This document shows, piece by piece, positions 53,373-64,000 of a stretch of DNA of 64,000 nucleotides. The position numbers and the translations under genes were made by a program. The stretch comes from Octopus sinensis. Lineage: Eukaryota. A model generated the notes under the pieces. The model had not been told where the DNA came from and did no database searches. It saw nothing but the letters and a program-made list of their open reading frames with translations. Numbering within the stretch: the first letter of the stretch is position 1; each line of letters starts with the position of its first letter. Where the stretch lies: assembly GCF_006345805.1 (NCBI RefSeq), contig NC_043006.1:21514001-21578000 (forward strand), given 5' to 3'.

Positions 53373-54698
53373 ACACAGGGAAAATGTACTGTACACAGGA
53401 AATATTGTACAGTAGAATTACCATGCGGTTTAAACTGCACGAAACTGGCCAAGCCAATATATAGCGGGGTTTTCTGAAAGCCTTATATTATATTAGGGAA
53501 ACCTATCTCCGCCTGTCTGTCCATCGCAACATTTATTAGAAGGAAGGAAAGAAGGGGAGGAATCTAAATATACGTCTCAAAGTATTTTTAGGACAGGCAC
53601 TAAAAGAGAATGACTCTCCCCAGACACAGCAGAATATGCTTCAACACACGAACTCATATAAAGAATCTTGCAAACCAAATCCAAAAACGAAAGAAAAAGT
53701 TTTGTTGAGTGAGAAATACAGTGAGAGAGGGAGCGATAGTGTGTGTGTGTGTGGTGTGTGTGTGTGTGTGTGTGCACTTGTGTATCTGCATGTGTGTGTG
53801 CACTTGTGTATCTGCATGTGTGTATGCACTTGTGCATCTGCATGTGTGTGTGCATCTGCATATGTGTGTGTGTGTGTGTGCACTTGTGCATCTGCATGTG
53901 TGTGTATGTGTCTGTGTAAAAGACAGTGTTGTCATAGTAACTAGCAAATTTTGATTTAAAACTTTGGGAACTTTGAATGTGAGTTTGTCAACACACCACA
54001 ACACTTATTTCCAAAAGGGCAATAAGAGTATATACTATGTATATAGTAATTATTTTTGGTCGTTTGTCAATGTGTGTTTCTGTGTCTTTCAATACATAGA
54101 CAACGCAACACAGACTTTAAAAAAATACTTTCACTTTGAATAATTTATAAAGATATGTGAATGGTTAACAGATATTTTTACCGGCAGCGTAGCGACGATT
54201 TTCGACTTAGTATGAACAAAGTCTTAGTTATTATATTTTATGTATAATGATACTGACCTCTTGTGTTGTCGTTTCCGATGTGGTTTCGGTTACCTGTTGG
54301 GCCTTTTATCGTATATTGCTTCACGGATTTTTCTGTTTCGTTGAGATGATTCATGCTTTTCACACTGTTATCATATTCACATTTCTCTGAAGTTGTGCTA
54401 TCGAAACTGAAGGTTATGTTCTCAGAAAGGTATCAGGACCTACAGTGTTTTTAATATAGCGCATCTCATTAGCAATATCTTTTTATATATCCTGGTAGAA
54501 GTCAGGACACTGTTTTTGTTTAACATACAAGCTGCAAAAGCAAGTAAGGAAGGCCATCAGAAGAATGATTGTAATGTTTCGCCAGAAGCGTGTCTCGCTG
54601 AAATCATGTGACAGTGTTCAGTAACCTCCATAATAATAATAATAATAATCTTTTCTACTCTAGGCACAAGCCTCGAAGTTTTGGGGGGAGCGGGCCAG

Positions 54699-55231
54699 TC
54701 GATTAGATCGACCCCAGTACGCAACTGGTGCTTAATTTATCGACCCCAAAAGGATGAAAGGCAAAGTCGACCTCGGCGGAATTTGAACTCAGAACGTCAA
54801 GACAGACGAATTACCTATTTCTTTACTACTCACAAGGGGCTAAACACAGAGGGAACAAACAATGACAAACAAACGGATTAAGTCGATTATATCGACCCCA
54901 GTGCGTAAAGGGTACTTATTTTATCGACCCCGAAAGGATGAACGGCAAAGTCGACCTCGGCGGAATTTGAACTCAGAATGTAGCGGCAGACGAAATACCT
55001 ATTTCTTTACTACCCACAAGGGGCTAAACACAGAGGGAACAAACAAGGACAGACAAACGGATTAAGTCGATTATATCGACCCCAGTGCGTAACTGGTACT
55101 TAATTTATCAACCCGGAAAGGATGAAAGGCAAAGTCGACCTCGGCGGAATTTGACCTCAGAACGTAGCGGCAGACGAAATACCGCTAAGCATTTCGCCCG
55201 GCGTGCTAACGTTTCTGCCAGCTTGTCGCCT
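54699..55231 (-). mobile_element. Tandem multimer of SINE family B (three partial units, ~183-bp period)
   Basis: The junction cagacgaa(a/t)tacctatttctttactac occurs at ~54802 and ~54987. Confidence 0.88.
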
Positions 55232-55234
55232 TAC

Positions 55235-55302
<68 letters not shown>

Positions 55303-56330
55303 TAATAATAATCCTCTCAACTGTAGGTAAAAGGCCTGAATTTGGTGGGGAGGGGACTAATCAATTACATCGATTCAGTATGAAAAAAGCACCAGTAGAG
55401 CACCGGGGTAACTTATTCAGCTCGAAAACACGGAATAAACTTCAGGGATTTGAGAGCATCGAACCAGCATGTAGTCTGGACCTGGCTCCCTCGGAGCCAG
55501 TTTCAGGCTAGCCTTGTTCTGATCCATGAGTCACTTCCGCCACTCGTAAGGCTTCATCAACAAGAGTCGATGGAAGTTTCAGTAAAGGACTTCTTAGCCT
55601 CGAACGACAAGAACTGGTGTCAGCATGGTAAAGAGGTGGCTTTACACGTCGTAACATGATGGCCTCTACTTTCTATGTTAGGCTGATTCTGTTGCAGCTT
55701 CATGAAGAAAGCAAATAAGTAACCAAAATATTGCAAAACTTTTGACTCAGCACAACATATTAATATTTCTTCTCTCATTTCTTTTGTACTTCTAATTCAT
55801 CACATTTCCTTTTTGGCGTGTTATCTTTTTGCATTGACTATTAGTTACCACAATGAAGCAAGCTGAAATCGGAGCAGCCTGCAACCCTATTGAATTTTAA
55901 ATTATTTACATTGCTTATATCATTCTTCAGATTTAAAGTTGACCTTTGGACTCCTAGACCGAACACATTAGTATAAATATCAATTCTATGACACACAATA
56001 GCATAAGTTTAGGTACAATACTTTATTTTGTAAAATTTTCATAGTCTGTTAGTAAGCAATAGAGTAGACTTCCAGCCGAGCAAAAGTTATTTTGTCCATA
56101 TCTAAATAAATTTCAATAACGGAAAATATTCAATTACAATAGAATAAGTTAATTCTAGGTACAATACAAAGCACACCTAAGAGTATTATCACCTACACCT
56201 TGACCTCGTAACACCGTTTCCTCTCTGACACACCTAACTTTAAATGAACCTTATATAACCCGCAGACTTTTCTCTTGTCTACACAGTCATGAACAGCCCA
56301 GCTGAGGATGAAGCTCAGAGTAGATGGTCA

Positions 56331-56371
<41 letters not shown>

Positions 56372-56416
56372 AAACAAGTCAAGATAGAAAATGCTAAAAT
56401 AATTTTATAACGAACA

Positions 56417-56460
56417 TTTCAGTACCGGTTTCAGTCATTTTGAGACCTTTTCAACTGTAA
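56417..56460 (-). ncRNA. Type I hammerhead ribozyme with U3-A8 core variant
   Basis: Minus strand: cag TTGAAAA ggtc tcaaaat gact GAAA ccgg TA ctg. Confidence 0.72.
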
Positions 56461-56576
56461 CGATTAAATAATTAAATTTAGAAAAATGAAAAGAAAAGTT
56501 TTTTTAAAAGAATATTTGTATAGTGTTCAAATATAAGTGGCATTTTCTTTGTTTCTGCCTTTCTCTGTCTCTCTTG

Positions 56577-56634
<58 letters not shown>

Positions 56635-56637
<3 letters not shown>

Positions 56638-57553
56638 CTTGGGGGCTGAGCAGATTTGAACCGTCTCGAGTATAACAACCAAAACTGCAAATTTAATCTG
56701 GAACTCGACTGACGAAAGAAAACTCCGAATGACCCGTCCTTGGTTTTCTTGTCCCTTTTTTGTATCATCTAATTGTCTGGTTATTTTCCGTTCTCCTCCC
56801 ATTTTTTGTATTCTTTTTTATATTCATACAGCGGCGTACATACACTTTGTTCTCTTATATGTAAGTACATATATATATATATATATATAAATATAAATTT
56901 TGTACGACACTTATTTTTTCATTCTTTCATTCTTTCTTTCTATCAGCCCCTTCACACTTATTTCGTTCTTTCCACTCGTCTTTCTTTCGCTCCCTCTCTC
57001 TCACATTTTCTGGCCTTCCCTTCATTCTTACCTTCCCTCCTCTCTCGCTTCACTGTCCTTCTCTTCTTTTTTTCTCGTCCCTCCCTAATTCTTCTATCCC
57101 TCTGCCTTTACCTTTCTCATCTTCCACGTGACCGGTGTTCGGCCAAGCATGACCCTTCTTTCTTGGTTTGACTACCATCCATGCAACATCTATATTCCTT
57201 CCCATGCTTGTCATCTCTTATGTCCCTGCTGTAAGGCTTCACTTCCACACACGCCAGCTTAATTTAATTCGCCCTTAGTCGAAAGATACCTGTTTATGTC
57301 CGGTTGTTTGCTTCTATATTTGTGCACCATTTCTCCGGGGTTTTTTTTCGTCCTTGTTTTCGTATACAATTGCTGCTTTCTTCCAAGTAATCTAGTGCTC
57401 TTAGCTTAGATTTTCCTTGGGGCTGGCCAGATTGGAGCAATCTCGAGTGTAACCAGCAAAAACAGCGAATCTAATCTGGAACATGACTGACAAAAGAAAA
57501 CTCCGAATGATCCGTCCTTGTTTTATCTTGTCTATTTTTCGTATCATTTAACT
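56635..57553. repeat. (TA)n-flanked repeat with two diverged copies of a ~140-bp segment (56635-56775 and 57413-57553)
   Basis: ttccttgggg...taatctggaac..gactgac.aaagaaaactccgaatga.ccgtccttg...gtatcat is present twice. Confidence 0.75.
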
Positions 57554-57571
57554 GTATATATACATATATAT

Positions 57572-57619
<48 letters not shown>

Positions 57620-58205
57620 GAATATATATACATATGTATATACATATATAGACATACATATACATATATATAGACATATATAGACATACATATATATAGA
57701 CATATATATATACATGTACATAGACATATATATGCAGATATATATACATACATATACACATATATATATCTACACATATATATATATGCATATATACACA
57801 GTTCTGTGCCATTTATCCCATGGGCTCCTCGCGAGCGTTTGTCGAAAAGTTTGATGTGCATTTTGTTGGAGAATTAAGTTCCTGGATTTTCCTGAAGAGA
57901 AGGCTGCAAAATGGTTTCCTTATTCAATCCGAATTAGGGACTTTGCAGCCTTTGAAACATATGTAGAAAATAATAAAAAGGAATTTTGTTAAATCTTCGT
58001 TCAGCTCCATTTCTTCCTACACTAAATATATAAACTTCAAATTTCCGCATTAAGACACGGGTTTGAGACCCCATGGTCGTAACCTCAACCGTGATTTTTC
58101 TGTTGTGATTTTTGCTACCCAGGTATCGGTTATCTTTTGAATAATCCGTAACAAGATAATTCATTTATCCATTTCAATAATATATATACATATATATATA
58201 TTTTC

Positions 58206-58236
<31 letters not shown>

Positions 58237-58289
58237 CAGTAATTTCCCTTTATTTAACGGTATTTTTTCATAGCATTTTCAAATAGCCA

Positions 58290-58350
58290 GATAACCGAAG
58301 AGATGGTGTTGTGGATTTCCACTTCGGCATCTAAAACTCAGAGTTTTATC
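58290..58350 (+). ncRNA. Degenerate hammerhead ribozyme (U4C, G12A)
   Basis: gataa CCGAAGA gatg...gtggatttccac...catc t AAAA ctcagag TT ttatc. All three stems pair but the core is mutated. Confidence 0.55.
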
Positions 58351-58450
58351 TTGACTACCGAGTAAAGTAACATATTATTGTATAGATAAATATCCTCTAT
58401 TTACATAATATTGAGGTCTCTTTCTTTCTTTTGTTATCTTACCGTTTTAT

Positions 58451-58524
<74 letters not shown>

Positions 58525-58675
58525 ATATATACATACACATATACATGTATATGTGCTTTAGAAGCGTTGAGATGTATTGAAAGACAAGGAAATAATTTCA
58601 TTCTCAAACACAGGATAATGCTAATAATATAGCATGAACAGGATGAACTATACAAATTTTGCAAAAAAAATCTGT

Positions 58676-58731
58676 TGGCGGCCACCCATGAGACTCGAAC
58701 TCACAACCCTGTGATTACGCGTCCATTGCAC
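58676..58731 (-). pseudogene. 3' portion of a tRNA-like sequence followed by a T run
   Basis: Minus strand: ...cgcgtaatcacagggttgtgaGTTCGAGtctcatgggtggccgcca acagatttttttt. The T-arm and B box are intact; the 5' half is missing. Confidence 0.5.
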
Positions 58732-59987
58732 GTATGTAAATAGATATATAGATATATGATAGATGGATAGATAGAGAGAGAGAAGAGAGATATCCACTCT
58801 ACACCGGCGTACTGAGTTCTATGCCAAATAACGGATGCGTTATATGCAGTATATTGCTGATATTCTACTACCGTTACATTATTCTACTTATGCACATACA
58901 CATACATATACACATACACATACGTATGCACACACATACATATACACACATAAATATATACACAAACTAGAAAATAGTGTTATGAATTTTATGTAAATCA
59001 AAATCGAAATTTCTTTCCATGAAGTTCAGTGTTTCGAGATGTGGGCTCGTATATGCATGTGAGTGTTTGCGATTGTGTGTGTATGTGTGTACTTTTGTGT
59101 GATTACTTATATGCATACATGTATATATATATTTTAAAAATATATGTGCTTCGTGTCTGTGTTTATGTGTGTGTTATTGCATGCGTATGAGTGTGCATGT
59201 GTGCGCGCTTTCTAGATGGTTTTTTGTTTGTTTGTTTCTTACGAGGATCGCTATGCTAAAAAGTGAGTTTCATATCAAAAGTGTGTAAGGAGAAGTAGCG
59301 TTAGTGCTATTCTAATAGAATTTGGAAAGATTTGAAGTAAATATATTTCAGATACACAAAGAAAAAAGCTAGAACTTTCACTACGTCCTGGCATTCTTGT
59401 AATTGAAAGTTTGCATGCAATGCTTGGTACAGCATTTCTGTTATATTGCTCCCTAATCTACGTAACTTTTTTCAAACTACGACTACCGGTAAATGTAATA
59501 CCGAAGCTTGTGACACACAGCTGCTATTTAAATCATGGCCGTCAACGCTTTCAATATATATACTGGGAGGATTATGTCTTGTTTACACCATTACTTCCCA
59601 CCATTATTAAATATGTTTCGAATTGAAACTACTTATATTTCTTTTTATAGAGAAACACTAGAAAACAAAATTTATGCCTTTTTTTTTTCCTGCATAGAAA
59701 CGATCGAAAGAATTTCCGCCAGATATTAGGAATAATGCCACGGATTTCCAAAGTCCATTGAAAATAGATCGACACACATTTATATTTTTTTACGACATTA
59801 CACCGTGCAATCATTTGTAAAAGCTATTGGGTTCCACTATATTTTTCACGTGTTGTTTGGCGATTTTTCATGTTTTAACTGTTACACACATCAGCGATTG
59901 TTGCAAATCTTGGCTGTTTGAAATGGTAAAAACTATAGAGCGTGATATTTATGCAGCTTCTTATGTCAAAAGACAGAGTGAAAATGA

Positions 59988-60020
<33 letters not shown>

Positions 60021-60321
60021 CATAAGAGACAGATAGAGCTAAGTCTTTCTATGTAGCTAGATATCAACACACGTACACACATGTGTACGTAAATACATAC
60101 ATATGTACATCCATACATATGTACATACAATTGCACATACATACATAGAATTACATATACATAGAATTACATATACATATGGTACAGGTACAGTACACGT
60201 TGACATACACATATACACATAGAATCACTCACAAACAGTAATGAAGGACAGTGTTTATGAATCAAAGGAAAATACACACCCACTGTGATCCAAACACATA
60301 TATATATGTAGACATGCGCGT

Positions 60322-60367
<46 letters not shown>

Positions 60368-62749
60368 ATGCACGTACAGATATATGTACATATGCATACA
60401 CCAATCAAATCAGATATCGACAAATCCCTATGAATTGTCTTAGCTTAAACGAAAGAGCTTGCTATTTTGTTAGTGGACGGCTTGAACTTGACAAAAACAA
60501 TAAATGCCAAAGAATAAAATGCATACATATAGATAAATATACATAGATGTACATACACACTGACATGCATACACATACGTATATAAATATACATACATTC
60601 CTACACACAAACGTACGTGCATGCATACATACATACGTGCATACATACATACATACTACATACATACATACATACGTACATACATACGTACGTGCATACA
60701 TACATACATACGAGCATGCATACATACATACATACGTGCATGCATACATACATACATACGTGCATGCATACATACATACATACATACGTGCATGCATGCA
60801 TACATACATACGTGCATGCATACATACATACATACATACGTGCATGCATACATACATACATACATACATACATACATACATACATACATACATACATACA
60901 TACATACATACATACATACATACATACATAGTTCAAATGTTTATAATGTAGCAAGCTATTTTGGTAACAGGTTACATATAATACATATATTACAGTATTT
61001 GGAACTGCATGAGATCTTTCGGTCACTGGCATAAAGCCTTCAGAACACAAGAAAATAGAAAACCGAACAACGCAATTATTTAGAGCTTCGTTCAAATCAA
61101 AAAATCTTGATGATTCCTAGTAACTTATTGCACTCTTGGAAACATCACTGAATATATCAGTGTAATGCAACAATGTATCAAAGAAAATCTGTGGACAGGA
61201 CTAATGTAGGTATTCGATAACATTATCGAATATCTAAATTTCTATGCTTCTCTGTACATTCTATAGAAGGAGCACAAAATAAACGATTATGTGAGGGGAA
61301 AACGTTATTCCACCTCTTTAAGTAAACAGAGATATGTATCTGCAAGGGCAAAAAAAATATGAACCGGCCTAGTCTAGATACGTAATTCTTTCTTGTGTTA
61401 AACACCATCTTGCACAATACGATCGAGGCCCAGATAACTTGATGGTATGAGCAGGAGTCTTCTTGATTCATTCTGGAAGCAGATAGACGGAGCGGTTCTT
61501 AACGAACTGGGTCGTCCTACATGGCAACTTGGAAAGTCTTAGCAGTAAATGTAGGGTGTTTACCAAATCTTGGGCAAGCTTCTCAGAGAGAAGTTTACAT
61601 CAGCATTACATGACAGAAAATATTTGTCGATTATATAGAGCCGGTAGCATAAAGTGTCAGTCAAATACCGGGTTGATTTACTTGTCTATACACTCCCCAT
61701 CCTAAATGCATGATCTTGTGCTTATCTATATCTCTCTTCGGGATCCTCTCCGTTGTTTATGTGCTCTGATCAACGATACACTGGCGAGCAGATAAAAATA
61801 GTGCTTACGTCACTTAAGACTCCGTGAAGATTGATTTTTGTTTTGTTTTGAATTTTTGTGTTCATGGATTTGATTTAATTTTGTTTTCTGGTTTGACATT
61901 AAAAGTTGATCAAAGCACAATATTTTTATTTCTTGGAATCAAAATGGTGGGGAATCAAATGAGAAAATAATTCATACTTAAACTGAAACGCAATTTCGAA
62001 TTCGATTTTAAAACTGAAATTCTATTTGAATTGTTAAGAAAAAATATTTAAGATTCAACTTGTATTCAAATTTGAATTTAGCAAGTCTTCTTACACTTCC
62101 AGTTTATAGAAGCATTGCCGCAATATAAATTTGAAACTTCAAAGCAAACAAAACTAAATGGTAAAACTGAATCAAATGGAAACCTTAAAGCACTCATGAA
62201 TAACATCATTACACACATTTTGGTGCATAACCAATACAGATAATGAGAAGCAATAAAGGATCAAAATTAATATCTCTTTACATCATCAACAAACCACACC
62301 ACATACCCAACAAAAGTAATTACAAATCTCCTCCAAATATACTTTCCGCTCCGCATATCTGCCTGCAATCCCAAATAATTCCCCTCTCTACCTCAACTAT
62401 CAGCTCAAACACTTTTCAAAAATCTCTTCAAAGTAAAACAGAAATAGAAAACACAAGCTACCCTAAACTATCAGCTTGCCTCTTTTCCTTCAGCTAGACA
62501 CAAGATAATATAAATATGAAAGACACAAACCTAAAACCTTTTACAAATTCCTGGAATATTTTGCATCTGAAAGAAATAGAGCTCTGATAATTATTTTCAA
62601 CTACTCGTGCCAATATACACAAATTCAAAAGTCTGGAAACTTGGTGGTATGATAGGAAGTGTCTTCTAATTTGCTTAATTGTCATTCAAAAGCGAATATG
62701 ACCTGGTAGCTTGTACCTAGCTTTCACTAATTGATTAGATACCTATGTA

Positions 62750-62979
62750 CAGCCATGGTCAAAAGTTTGGAACACTTTTTACAATTAAAATTGTTATACG
62801 CTTATACAATTCAATTCAAATATAACTTTGGGCATTTAATATAAACATTCTAATTTTTCATACTTATGTTTCATACTTTTGGCCAAGTAATAATATATTG
62901 CAAATTAAATATAGCTTTGTGTATTTGATATAAAAATTCTAATTTTCAGACCTATGTTCCAAACTTTTGGCCATGACTG
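62750..62979. mobile_element. Tc1/mariner-derived MITE (230 bp)
   Basis: TA|cagccatggtcaaaagtttggaaca ... tgttccaaacttttggccatgactg|TA, with an internal copy of the TIR motif at ~62866-62885. Confidence 0.85.
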
Positions 62980-64000
62980 TAGATGCGAGCAGACGTAGAT
63001 ACCCTCTTAGTACCCGCATCCTTGGTCCACTGATAATGACGCACTAGCAGCCGGTACATATTTACATTCTAATGACTAGAGCTACGTGAGGTGATGTACC
63101 TTGCTCAATGTCAAAACACACCGCCCAGTCTACAAATGAAATCTACAGACATGATCAAGAGCCTAACTCCCAAAATACCTGGTCACGCAGCTTCATAGCA
63201 AATGTTAAAACTAAAAAAAGAAAGGAGTTCGAAACAGAACCTCTTTGACCTGTCACTCTCCTGTTCATGGCATCAAAACATTTTGAAAATCCTGCTCCAT
63301 CTTACAACATCGATTCAAAACGGTATTCTTACCGACACACTACTTTGGAAACATTTCAAAGAATAGATGACAGTTACCACAGCAGAACATTTCTATTCAT
63401 ACACAAAGTTCTCAGACAATTAGTGATTAACACAAAATCCTAAATCGCGAACACTCTCACGCTGCCAATCCTTGTGTAATGTACAATAACAATTTTCTAA
63501 AATTTTAATTTAATTTTTACAATTGTTTTGAATTTTTTTCTTTTTATTCATAAGAAATCTTTATTAATTTCCTTTTGTTCTTCTTATGAAGCATTCAAGT
63601 AAATTTTATATGACATGAATACAACAGATTAAAGTATATTAATTGTTTTTTTACCTTTATTGATACAACATAAAAGGGAAACCAACAAATCCAGCCGGTG
63701 GGATTTCAAATAAAAGCATAGTAGAACAAAGCAAAACTCTGCAAAAGATATCATCTGCTGCTTTGGCTTTTTCTATCAACTCACTACATTTTTTTTTTTT
63801 TTTGATAAAAAAAATTCATTAAGAAAAATTTTTAGTTGGTTCCAAGAAAAAAAATTATATTTCCAGCTAAGTAGCCTTTTGTGCGAATTTTTAATTATTC
63901 TGTATTATTCACGAAACTTGCACGTCAAGATTAGATTTTTAGTTAACCTTTGCAAAGATCGTGTTAATGTAACTCCAAAATATGGTGTTCTTACACGCAA

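Noticed and set aside
56705-56742. CTGACGA aagaaaactcc GAAT...GTC motif
   Set aside because: Stem II pairs poorly, GAAA reads GAAT, and stem I is weak.
62000-62690. Possible Penelope ORF N-terminal relic (…SFRCKIFQEFVKGFR…)
   Set aside because: The similarity is only impressionistic and needs a profile search.

Overview
AT-rich, microsatellite-saturated animal genomic DNA, not prokaryotic. The SINE families, (TA)n/(TAA)n/(CA)n density and retroelement types suggest an octopus or other cephalopod (inference). Almost all entries in the ORF track are translated microsatellites. The one convincing host coding exon is the N-terminal exon (TM1-TM3) of a cholecystokinin/sulfakinin-type class A GPCR at 41830-42205; its intron appears to run past the window end. 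The rest is decayed mobile DNA: several tRNA-derived SINE families with swapped modules, R4/Dong-like RLE retrotransposon pieces in (TAA)n tracts, L1/Tx1-, CR1/Jockey-, RTE- and Penelope-like remnants, a full-length DD37E-spaced Tc1-like transposon and MITEs. The strongest hidden signal is a large set of type I hammerhead ribozyme (HHR) folds. These include a non-coding ~530-bp x ~6 tandem array with one HHR per unit plus an inverted terminal copy (retrozyme or Penelope pLTR-like), two unrelated HHRs with a compensatory U3-A8 core, and an HHR family followed by covarying hairpins. All structures were read by eye, and repeat boundaries are approximate.
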